Made by a program: the position numbers and the translations under genes
Notes under the pieces: model-generated
Seen by the model: only the letters and a program-made list of their open reading frames with translations
What the model was told of the DNA's origin: nothing
Database searches by the model: none
DNA from: Alteromonadaceae bacterium Bs31
GTDB taxonomy: Bacteria; Pseudomonadota; Gammaproteobacteria; Pseudomonadales; Cellvibrionaceae
Assembly (NCBI GenBank): GCA_900177435.1
Contig: FXAI01000008.1
Span: forward strand, 50,689 to 114,688
Length of the DNA: 64,000 bases
Direction of reading: 5' to 3'
Shown: positions 28,301-35,826 of the stretch, piece by piece
How the letters are laid out: the number at the start of each line of letters is the position of its first letter
How positions within the stretch are numbered: position 1 is the first letter of the stretch

Positions 28301-30658
28301 GGCAATTGACTGCGCGCGACGTTCCCGATCATCAAGTAAACGTTGCTTATGGGATTCAAAAGTTTCGTAGATCTCCTCCCGCTTGGACATAATATCCGTA
28401 AGAAATTGATCGTACTCACTAAACTGGCTTTCGAGTTCTTCCAGTTGAACTAATAGTCTCGACATCTGCTCGTCGCAGCTCTCTGGCGAATTTGCCATAC
28501 CCAGGGCATTGGTGATGCTTTGGGTAAAGAGCTTAAACTGCGCTGCGAATTCAGCGATAGCTTCCGATGAACCAAGGTTTTTTTGTTTGTGCCGTGCGTC
28601 GGCTTTGCATTGGTTGAGTTTTGCGTACACTTCGGAGATAGCATCTATAATCCGAGTGCGCATTGTGGTGTCTTCAACTTTTAGGGTTGATAGCAGTTCC
28701 GACAGTAAATCCAAACCAGCAGCGGTTTTTTCCACCGTTTCAATAAGCGGGTTAAGCTCTGCAATGGTTGCTACGGTTTCGACGTCTGCATTTATGGTTT
28801 CAATTTTTAGATAGTAAGGCTGTAGCGCGTTCTCATCGGCCAAAAATTCTACCGTTCGTTCACTAAGCTGTTGCTGAGCCTGAGCCAGTTGCTCTTCCAT
28901 TTTACTGATGGCAGCGGTATTAATGTAACGGTAGGATTTTATGGTGGCGAGCTGGCCAGCGTGCTGGCGCAACTCGTCCAATGCCTGCACATAGGCTTCG
29001 GCACTGTCCCAGGATGACGAGCGAATGGTTTCTATCAGTTTTTTGTGTTTTGCTTTTGCGTCGTTTAAGGCTTGGCTGCTTTGTTTGCGTATACTTTCTA
29101 CTTTGGCAAACTCATCGATTGCCAGCTCCGCAGTGGCAGAAACCTCCCGCAGCGTTATTGCGATGGTTTCCAGTCCATCGACCCCTGATTTAGATTCCGC
29201 CACCCAATAGTGATTATCGAAAACTTTTAATGCGGCGTTGGATAGCTCTTCGTAAAGCCGAACGGATACCGATTGATTATCGATAGTGCGGCAAACACTG
29301 AGTAAGTCTGAAATACCGCGTACCAGTGGTGCATTACCAATGCGGCCAAGAAAAGATTGGCTTGCTGGTGCTTTGCTGGCGAATTCGTCACTGATGTAAG
29401 GCGTGTGCCAGATTTGCATGGGGTGAACGCGTGTGGGTTCTTCCTCGGCGGAAAAAATTACCAGCTGGCCTGCGTCTGATAGCGCATAGCCGTGTGCAAA
29501 AATGGGGTTGGCCAGCTTTTTATCAATCATGTTGTAGGCCATCAGGCCCACGATGCCCTCGGCAGGCTCGTAGAAAACATAAAGCACATCTTCACCGTTG
29601 GGTGAGCGAATCATGCGTTTAAAGCGCAAGCCTTCGTGCTCTTCATCGAAAGTTTTGTTTTCTCCGCTTTGCAGGTAATAACCGCCGGGGAAAACAATGC
29701 CATGGTCTTCAGGCAGTTGAACGCAGGAAGCGCCTATGGCGTCTATCCTGTTCACTTCTGCGGTGAGAGTATTAAAAACGAAATAGCGCCATACATCTTC
29801 CCTGTAGGGCAGTATTTTAATAAGAATTAAATCGCCAAGGGCGGCGTAGCAGTATTCAGCATCGTCGATGGATTGCGTTTTATCTTCAACATCTTCGCGA
29901 TAGACTCCCAGGCCATCTTCAGTATTGTTTTCGATTTTAATGGTAAGGTCGCCACCCACGGCTTCTACAAATACCTTGTCTAAAATATTTACATGGGGGT
30001 GCCTGCCGTGAACGGCATCTTCTCGGGTACACTCTGTCCATTCAAAATCATAGGCGGGTGGCAGCTGAATATCTCGTTCACCACGGTTGTCTATATAGTC
30101 TACTTTCTTTCCGTCGGGGGAGACTGCCCAGCGAAAGACTCGGATATCTTCTAGCCGCTCACCAATCTGGAAGCCCATTAACAATTTGCCATTTTTAATG
30201 GTTAGCTCAACCAGCTTGGTATGCTTGTAGTAGCGATAGAGTTCAGTGAAATCCTGAACGAAGCTTCGATTGGCGAGAAAAGAGCTTTCGGTGGCTTGTT
30301 CTTCCAGCTGAAGGTTTTCGTCTTCGCCTTTCAATTTAAACAGGGCGAAAACATCATCCACCAGAGTCTCTTTTTTCAGGCCGATAAAAACGTTGTAGCC
30401 AAAGAGCAGGGTATCACCGACTTGAACGATATCCCGAGCAATACAGTTGTTTTCCGTACGCACGCGAACTCGTGCTGCCACAGCCATTTCTGAGCTGCCG
30501 AATTCACTGAGACGCGCGGCATTTAAATTTCGGGCATGCTGTTCGAGAGTTTCGCCCTGCTCCAGCAAGCGCTTTTTCAATACCTCGTAGGCACCGCCTT
30601 CTGAAACGGCCTTGTCTACCAGGTTTTCTTCATTTTCCTGTTGACGATCTGTCGCCAT
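25340..30658 (-). CDS. Giant 1772-aa protein with an N-terminal globular region, a central region of about 600 aa of coiled-coil, and a C-terminal AAA+ ATPase (MoxR/AAA_5-like) domain followed by a further coiled-coil tail.
   Basis: Walker A SPPGYGKTTL, Walker B VMLYLDDIQ, sensor-1-like VVMAGNPY, and an Arg-finger-like MLANRADIYNLGDI. Long heptad-like stretches (e.g. EEQLAQAQQQLSERTVEFL...). RBS AAGGAAG 4 nt upstream of the ATG at 30658. Confidence 0.7.
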   Translation of the reverse strand: MATDRQQENEENLVDKAVSEGGAYEVLKKRLLEQGETLEQHARNLNAARLSEFGSSEMAVAARVRVRTENNCIARDIVQVGDTLLFGYNVFIGLKKETLVDDVFALFKLKGEDENLQLEEQATESSFLANRSFVQDFTELYRYYKHTKLVELTIKNGKLLMGFQIGERLEDIRVFRWAVSPDGKKVDYIDNRGERDIQLPPAYDFEWTECTREDAVHGRHPHVNILDKVFVEAVGGDLTIKIENNTEDGLGVYREDVEDKTQSIDDAEYCYAALGDLILIKILPYREDVWRYFVFNTLTAEVNRIDAIGASCVQLPEDHGIVFPGGYYLQSGENKTFDEEHEGLRFKRMIRSPNGEDVLYVFYEPAEGIVGLMAYNMIDKKLANPIFAHGYALSDAGQLVIFSAEEEPTRVHPMQIWHTPYISDEFASKAPASQSFLGRIGNAPLVRGISDLLSVCRTIDNQSVSVRLYEELSNAALKVFDNHYWVAESKSGVDGLETIAITLREVSATAELAIDEFAKVESIRKQSSQALNDAKAKHKKLIETIRSSSWDSAEAYVQALDELRQHAGQLATIKSYRYINTAAISKMEEQLAQAQQQLSERTVEFLADENALQPYYLKIETINADVETVATIAELNPLIETVEKTAAGLDLLSELLSTLKVEDTTMRTRIIDAISEVYAKLNQCKADARHKQKNLGSSEAIAEFAAQFKLFTQSITNALGMANSPESCDEQMSRLLVQLEELESQFSEYDQFLTDIMSKREEIYETFESHKQRLLDDRERRAQSIADAANRVLSSIEKRSTKFTEADKLNTYFASDALVLKIREFIQQLRELSSAVKADDIESKFKAAKEQALRVLRDKTDIYEGGGSVIKLGPRHKFSVNTQELDLTILPRGDDLNIHLTGTDFFEPIEDPALKELQPYWQVTLESESDSVYRAEYLAASIIHAAERQEDNLNQQVLAQALLDENSLLKLVREFATPRYKEGYEKGIHDHDAAKILQRLLPAMDAADLLIFDPKSRGLAQVFWANIQRISEQLKSKRLTYETWTERALSAAKMRDHFTSGEAHELLAEEVHTAMREFISIHPINVSPLVIRRAAEYLVTELGRERTEFIGSKYARQLADELKRSLDDDSWRRFQVALEKMLGWPAERWKLSCAWLSALVKDKELQHLERYIPEAAALINADERIDRRLTEADLELSVEGLMGEHKRVENRVLSIAVDDFFLRLNHHRSEFVTGYREYLETRQNIVNRERDSLRLEEFKARPLSSFVRNRLINEAYLPIIGDNLAKQMGTVGENKRTDLMGLLMMISPPGYGKTTLMEYVASRLGLIFMKINCPSLGHEVLSLDPEQAPNATARQELHKLNLSLEMGNNVMLYLDDIQHTNPEFLQKFISLCDGTRRIEGVWKGKTKTYDMRGKKFCVVMAGNPYTESGEVFKIPDMLANRADIYNLGDILGGMDEQFAMSYIENSLTSNPVLAPLATRDIKDVYLLMDLANDKEVATTDLSHQYSGAEINEIVDVLKKLYVIRDVVLKINQQYIVSAAQADKYRNEPPFKLQGSYRNMNKMGEKISAVMNQSELMQLIEDHYLGEAQLLTAGAEENLLKLAELRGNMTELQSQRWQQIKADFLRNKAMGGDDTDTGSKVVAQLADLVSGVRNLAASAENSSKDGASEQQAKAIDKERKLLRAALSKFADGLQALALANTNKEAPKVEVVNQPVPGIDQLLKVLADTIENSIFPLVRSMDKKLEIDLRTHDKMSEVSEQLRSLEKLAGSKQL

Positions 30659-30667
30659 GATTCTTCC

Positions 30668-30889
30668 TTAGCAGTCTGAATGCTCTGCCAGCTCTACATC
30701 AGTTTGTTCGTTGCTTTCCACGGTAAAAAGAGCGCTTGCCAAAAGGCCAGCCAGTAAGCCCGCTCCGGCACCCATTGCGGTACTGCTCAGCACGGAATTA
30801 TTCTTAGTACCGTGTATTGCGCCAAGCCCGGCTCCTATTGCGCTGGCCAGTGGTGTTATCTTTTTTAAAGAAATATCGTTGTCGTCCAT
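30668..30889 (-). CDS. Small glycine-zipper membrane protein (GxxxG/AxxxG repeats), 73 aa.
   Basis: AIGAGLGAIHG and AMGAGAGLLAGLLASA segments. RBS AAGGAAG before the ATG. It ends 10 nt before the giant ATPase gene. Confidence 0.5.
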   Translation of the reverse strand: MDDNDISLKKITPLASAIGAGLGAIHGTKNNSVLSSTAMGAGAGLLAGLLASALFTVESNEQTDVELAEHSDC

Positions 30890-30962
30890 CGTGCTTCCTT
30901 CTGGCTACTCGCCCTCGGTGTTTGTGGCGAGTTAAGAGGTTTTGGATAGCTGTGTCGGTAAC

Positions 30963-30997
30963 AATCAAAAAGCGGTGAAACCAAGGGCTTCACCGCA
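30963..30997 (-). terminator. Rho-independent terminator after the flotillin gene (read on the minus strand).
   Basis: Minus-strand sense GCGGTGAA-gcccttggt-TTCACCGC followed by TTTTTG. It separates the yqiJK-like transcript from the downstream five-gene unit. Confidence 0.55.
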
Positions 30998-31004
30998 AAG
31001 GACA

Positions 31005-32996
31005 TTACTCGGGTTTTACATCTGTTGTGGTGCTGGCCGCCTGGGCGCCTGCAGAGTAGGCCATCACTTTCTCCAAGAGGGTAGAGATGGTTGCGCTCTT
31101 GCCTGCTAGACCGTCTACCGCTTTGCCAATGGACAGAGATTTGGCAAAGTTATCAAAGAAGTGCGCTTCGCCGCCCACGATATCAATATGTGCTTTCTGC
31201 AGCGCGGTTGCCAGAACCTCGGCATTTTCTTTGGCGATTTCTTTGCCGGCTTCAATGGCTGCGATGGCTTCGTTAAAGGCGGTTTCCAGAGTCATGCGGA
31301 ATTCTTCGTGGTCACGAGCCTTATCGCTCATATTGCCCATGGCTTCGAATTTGTCTACAAGACCGTCTGCTTCGGCTTTGAATTGCTCGCGAGTAACCTC
31401 AGCTTTTGCTACGCCGGTTTCGCGTACGGCTTTGGCTTCGGCCTCACCTTTAAAGCCAATAACATTAGCCTCTGCAGTACCTTCTTTCTCCAGGGCCACA
31501 GCTTTTGCTTCTTGCGCTTTCGCTTCTGCTTCACCTTTGGAGGCAATTACACGAGCTTCTGCAACACCTTCCTTCTCCAGTGCGTCGGCTTTGGCTTCCT
31601 GAACCTTGGCCTCAGCAAGGCCGGAGGCGGCTTCTTCTGCCTGAACGCCTTCAGCCATTTTCTTCTTGGCGTCGGCCTCTTTAGCGGCGGCTTCAAGCTC
31701 TGCTTGTGCGAGAACTGTTATTTCCACCGATTTGTGTTTGGCAGCGAGCTCTTTTGCTTCCGCCTCTTTTACAGTTTGAACTTTTTCTTCTTCGGCTTTG
31801 GCTTCTGCTTCCAGAATTTTTACTTGCTTAATACGGTCTGCCTCGGAAACTTCACGAACTTCTTTGATTTTCTCTTCTTCAATGGCAACGGTTTTATCCA
31901 CCACTACACGTTCGCGGATAACGTTGGCAATTTCCTTTTTCTCCACTTCGATGGCTTTTTCTGCTTCAATACGCTGTAGCTCCACCTCTCTTTCGCGGGA
32001 GACGATTTCCAGGTCTTTCGCCCGGGTAACCTTTTCCACCTCAATGACTACTGCACGTTGACGGTTTTGCTCCGCAACCTCAATTTCACGCTGCTGATTT
32101 TCCTCTTGAACTTTTAGGTCCTGATCCACAAGTAAGGTCGCCATATCGGCTTTCTTGCGTTCTTCTTCCTGAATGCGTTTTGTTTCAGCTTCTTCTCGCG
32201 CTTGAATACTCAGGATCTCCCGCTGCTGACGAGCCTCGGCATCGGACTGCTGGCGCTCCAGCTCCAACATGGCTTCAACGGTTTCCACATTTTTCTTTTT
32301 AATGGCCAGCTCTTCGTCGCGCTCGAACACGTTGGTTTGAACGTTTTGTGTGGCAGTAAGCTCGGTGATTTTGCGAATACCTTCGGCGTCGAGGATGTTG
32401 GCTGGGTCGAGAGAGGATTTAGGTGTTTGTTCCAGGTAGTCGATGGCCACGTCTTCCAACGCGTAGCCATTAAGATCATTTCCGATGACCTCAACAATTT
32501 TATCGCGGAACTCTTGCCTGTCTTCAAAAAGCTTAACGAAGTCCAATTGCTTGCCAACTGTTTTTAAGGCTTCTGAAAATTTTGCGTTAAACAATTCATT
32601 GACTGCGTGTTTATCGGACGCTCGATCGGCGCCAAGTGACTTGGCAACCTTTAAGACGTCTTCCGGTGTTTCATTAACGCGCAGATAAAAGGCGACGGTA
32701 ATATCTGCTCGCATATTATCGGCACATATCAGCCCCTCTTTCCCTCGTCGGTCCACTTCAAGGGTGATTAATGATATGCGCATTAATTCCTTTTTGTGTA
32801 TAACCGGCAATATCCATGAGCCAGTAAAAAATACTTTGGGTTTAGTGCTTAGGTCATTTTTAATTAAAGCAACGCCTTGTTCTACCTTTACATAGAAAGC
32901 TTTAAATAGCGCCATTATGCCGAGGATGAATAGGAATAGTACGCCAACGACAATAACTATCATCGTAAATAAAGGCAGATGATCTGGCATAGGCAT
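31005..32996 (-). CDS. yqiK: Flotillin-family protein (SPFH/band-7 domain plus a long Glu/Ala/Lys-rich coiled coil), YqiK-like.
   Basis: N-terminal TM segment, SPFH core (GVALIKND...ITLEVDRRGKEGLICADNMRADITVAFYLRV) and a flotillin-type EA-repeat region with internal ~25-aa tandem repeats. Confidence 0.85.
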   Translation of the reverse strand: MPMPDHLPLFTMIVIVVGVLFLFILGIMALFKAFYVKVEQGVALIKNDLSTKPKVFFTGSWILPVIHKKELMRISLITLEVDRRGKEGLICADNMRADITVAFYLRVNETPEDVLKVAKSLGADRASDKHAVNELFNAKFSEALKTVGKQLDFVKLFEDRQEFRDKIVEVIGNDLNGYALEDVAIDYLEQTPKSSLDPANILDAEGIRKITELTATQNVQTNVFERDEELAIKKKNVETVEAMLELERQQSDAEARQQREILSIQAREEAETKRIQEEERKKADMATLLVDQDLKVQEENQQREIEVAEQNRQRAVVIEVEKVTRAKDLEIVSREREVELQRIEAEKAIEVEKKEIANVIRERVVVDKTVAIEEEKIKEVREVSEADRIKQVKILEAEAKAEEEKVQTVKEAEAKELAAKHKSVEITVLAQAELEAAAKEADAKKKMAEGVQAEEAASGLAEAKVQEAKADALEKEGVAEARVIASKGEAEAKAQEAKAVALEKEGTAEANVIGFKGEAEAKAVRETGVAKAEVTREQFKAEADGLVDKFEAMGNMSDKARDHEEFRMTLETAFNEAIAAIEAGKEIAKENAEVLATALQKAHIDIVGGEAHFFDNFAKSLSIGKAVDGLAGKSATISTLLEKVMAYSAGAQAASTTTDVKPE

Positions 32997-33029
32997 GGTG
33001 AATCTCCTTGTTGATTAATTTAGATTGTG

Positions 33030-33713
33030 TTATTCGCCTTTAAAGTCGCTTTCAGAAACAACTTTATAAAGATTTTCTTCGGCGATGTATTCGAGCAGTA
33101 CAACTCTATCGCCTCGTTTAAATTGTTCTTCTTTGTAAGGCCTGACTTTTACAAGAAGGCCTGCTCCGCCGTCTTCGACGGTGGCTTCGCCAAACTTTTT
33201 GTCAACTCGTCCGGTTCGAACTATGGCTACCTGGCCAACTATGGTTTTCTCCACTTCTTGATTGGCGGCTTGGAAAATGGGGCGTAGTGGTCTGATTACT
33301 GTGGCAGTTATCATCGCTGATACGTAGGCTGTGCCGATAAATACAGGAATAGCTACTAAGAATTTGAGCAGTGCACCAGGTACAAAGGGAAACAGGAAAT
33401 AGACGATTAGAAAGCTGATTACCCAGCCAAGCAGTGCGATTAGAGTAAGTACTATGGTGAGCGGCACCGCGTTGAGACCAAGCTTGAGTAGAAGCCCGGA
33501 CATCACGTTAAGATTACTCATATCATCAAAATTATTGATATCAATATCTTCCGGAATGTCGAAGTCAAGAATGTCGATTTCAACCATACCTAGTACCGCC
33601 AGTGCCCAGTACAGTATGCAGAAAATTAGAAGAACCGTGAAAACAACAGTAGGAAAAGAGGAGCAAATCTCATAGAACGGGTCCATCTTTTCACTGAAAA
33701 ATATTGCAAACAT
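33030..33713 (-). CDS. yqiJ: NfeD-like inner membrane protein (YqiJ-like partner of flotillin) with a C-terminal OB-fold region.
   Basis: Multiple TM helices, then VGQVAIVRTGRVDKKFGEATVEDGGAGLLVKVR. It sits immediately upstream of the flotillin gene, as in yqiJK. Confidence 0.7.
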   Translation of the reverse strand: MFAIFFSEKMDPFYEICSSFPTVVFTVLLIFCILYWALAVLGMVEIDILDFDIPEDIDINNFDDMSNLNVMSGLLLKLGLNAVPLTIVLTLIALLGWVISFLIVYFLFPFVPGALLKFLVAIPVFIGTAYVSAMITATVIRPLRPIFQAANQEVEKTIVGQVAIVRTGRVDKKFGEATVEDGGAGLLVKVRPYKEEQFKRGDRVVLLEYIAEENLYKVVSESDFKGE

Positions 33714-33730
33714 TGGTTCCTCCTATACGG

Positions 33731-34084
33731 TTATTGTTCTTTTATATCGTTCACAGGCGGCGTAGACAGGGCATCCACTATGAGCGCAGTGGCTATCACC
33801 GCGAATATAATACTGCCGGGATAAATGCGTTCAAAGGCGATAGCTGCGGAAGTAAACCAGAGTAAACAGCTAATTGGAATGATGGCGCTCAATATAATGA
33901 TGTCTTCACCCCAAATTTCTGCCAAGCTGCCGCTTATATAGAACACCAAGCCGAGTAAAATTAGCCAGGGTTCGGCGAATAGTGCGCCGAGTACCAGTGC
34001 CGCGATAAGTCCAAGAGAGCGATGCTCAATATATTTCGCTCCATAACCGTCCAATGGGGGGAGTTTAAATCCATAGTGTTTCAT
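33731..34084 (-). CDS. Small integral membrane protein, possibly YjfL/DUF350-like.
   Basis: 117 aa with four hydrophobic helices, positioned after a YjfJ-like PspA gene. The family assignment is by context only. Confidence 0.4.
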   Translation of the reverse strand: MKHYGFKLPPLDGYGAKYIEHRSLGLIAALVLGALFAEPWLILLGLVFYISGSLAEIWGEDIIILSAIIPISCLLWFTSAAIAFERIYPGSIIFAVIATALIVDALSTPPVNDIKEQ

Positions 34085-34197
34085 TCTGCTTCTCCTTTTG
34101 CTTTCTCCTGGAAATTTTTAAATGTGCCATCCGTGGCGTGTTACAGGCCTCCTGCCGTAAATCCCTTTGTTACTTCTCCTTTTCGCCTCCGTGCGAC

Positions 34198-34890
34198 CTA
34201 ATTGCTACTTTTTTTCTTTAATCGTTCCAGTACGTCTGCTGCGCCAGTAGCGGAGGGCGATATACCCGCTTTTTCAAGCTTTTCTTGCAGAGAGTCTTGC
34301 TGGCTTTCCTCTGCAAGTTCGTTGGCTGCTTTCATTTGCGCTGCTTTCAGTGCCTGTTTTTCCTTTATGCGCTCCAGTGAATCCATGGCGGTGCGCAGTT
34401 TGGAATTGGAGCCGCTGTGCCGTTCTGCTACAGCAGATTGAGCGCGCTGTACGCTTTCTGTGGCTTTAACGGTATCTATTTGCTGCTTTAATCGTTTGAT
34501 GTTTTGCTCTGCTGCTTTTATCGCGCGCCTTAAATCGTCGGCACTGCTGGCAAAACCCGTTGCAGCTTCTCCCTCTGTGCGATACTGGTTTTCGAGCGTC
34601 GCTATTTTTTCCGCCACTTCCAGAGCGAGCGCTTGATCATCCTTCTCCAGGGCCTGTACGGCATAGCCTTCATATTCTGTGATGTTCGTTTTTAATTGCG
34701 CGCATTTTTCTTCGGCGAGCTTTTGTCTGGCAATGATGGCCGTTAACCCGTCTCTGGATTGTCTCAGCTCTTCCGTAGCGTCTCGCACTTCCTGATCCAG
34801 TATGCGCAAGGCTTGGCTGTCTAGCACGGCTTCACCCGCTTCGTGGACACCGCCTCGTAAAGCGGTAATCATTTTCGCCCAGATATTCAT
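34198..34890 (-). CDS. PspA/IM30 (Vipp1/ESCRT-III-like) family protein, YjfJ-like.
   Basis: 230-aa all-helical protein. MNIWAKMITALRGG...LRILDQEVRDATEELRQ... matches the YjfJ/PspA N-terminal pattern and length. Confidence 0.8.
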   Translation of the reverse strand: MNIWAKMITALRGGVHEAGEAVLDSQALRILDQEVRDATEELRQSRDGLTAIIARQKLAEEKCAQLKTNITEYEGYAVQALEKDDQALALEVAEKIATLENQYRTEGEAATGFASSADDLRRAIKAAEQNIKRLKQQIDTVKATESVQRAQSAVAERHSGSNSKLRTAMDSLERIKEKQALKAAQMKAANELAEESQQDSLQEKLEKAGISPSATGAADVLERLKKKSSN

Positions 34891-34901
34891 TACATTCTCC
34901 T

Positions 34902-35540
34902 CTATGCCCTGGCATCCAGGGGGGTGGTTAATAAGTTGCTGTACGCTTCCGTTGCGTGGATAACGTTTGCAGCCAAGGTTTCGATTTCGAACAAGATGTT
35001 GGGTATTACAGAGGTGGCGCTCAGTGCACCGAACATCATGTAATAGCTCTTGCCGTCGCTTAGGGTGTCGAGGCTGATGGTGGAGAGCGGGAAGTACTTG
35101 TGAGTACGTAATACCGCGTCATTAAATTTGTTGGGGTCTTCCACATCCCCTGTTGGCCAGAGCACTGCTTCTACTACGATTTGCTCCCCGGCAGCTGTGA
35201 GGAAGAGTGGCAAATCGCCATACTCGCGCATGATGATGTGCAGTGTTGGCTCAACGCCATCAATCAGCTCAATATCGGCGTTGCCACTGGTGAACAGCTC
35301 TTCTTTTTTTAGCTCTTCACAAAGGCTTTCGCTTGACCAGCGCGGCAGGTTGATAGTTGTCATAGGCTTGTCTCCTGTATCCATGATCGGTTTTGGATTG
35401 ATATACCTTAGCTGCTTTTCTATGTTCGCAAGCAACTTGGCGTTCTCCGGGAGTATCCAGACTTCCTTTTTTACCAGGCCCATATCCCGCAGGCGCTGGC
35501 GATACTCTCGTTGGTAATGTGCAGATGACTTTGCTTTCAT
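34902..35540 (-). CDS. Conserved hypothetical protein that is first in the cluster (YjfI-like by position). Its N-terminus is basic and looks like a DNA-binding segment.
   Basis: MKAKSSAHYQREYRQRLRDMGLVKK resembles short basic DNA-binding leaders of small regulators. It is followed by an acidic domain of about 170 aa. The family is uncertain. Confidence 0.4.
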   Translation of the reverse strand: MKAKSSAHYQREYRQRLRDMGLVKKEVWILPENAKLLANIEKQLRYINPKPIMDTGDKPMTTINLPRWSSESLCEELKKEELFTSGNADIELIDGVEPTLHIIMREYGDLPLFLTAAGEQIVVEAVLWPTGDVEDPNKFNDAVLRTHKYFPLSTISLDTLSDGKSYYMMFGALSATSVIPNILFEIETLAANVIHATEAYSNLLTTPLDARA

Positions 35541-35558
35541 GGGTCCTACTCTATTTCA

Positions 35559-35613
35559 TTACATGTGAGATGTAAATAGCTTACATGTAATATATTTTGT
35601 TATTACATGTAAT
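35559..35613. promoter_or_regulatory. Three TTACATGTAA-type palindromic operator-like sites in the divergent promoter region.
   Basis: TTACATgtgagATGTAA at 35559-35575; TTACATGTAA at 35581-35590 and again at 35604-35613, spaced about 22 bp apart, in an AT-rich 145-bp intergenic region between divergent genes. Confidence 0.45.
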
Positions 35614-35826
35614 TTTTTTATAGCGATATTTCGCCTACTTTAAATTTCACACTATTCCACAGCGCTTGTTTGTGAATGGCCGGGGTTGCGCAATGTGCGA
35701 GGGTCACAAAGCCTGCGCTTGCTCGCGGGGGCGTTTTGTTCTGGGATGTCTGTCACTTCATTGCTTCCTTCAATGGCGCATTGTTTGGCTAAAGAAAAGG
35801 GCGTGCTCAGTGGGGTAGCACAGTAT

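Noticed and set aside
31087-31979. Long ORFs opposite the flotillin gene (31087..31602 of 171 aa and 31161..31979 of 272 aa) with F/G/A/S-rich translations.
   Set aside because: They are the reverse complement of the GAA/GCT/AAA-rich coiled-coil codons of the flotillin gene. The translations are low-complexity and have no start or RBS context. The SPFH/flotillin frame is clearly the real gene.
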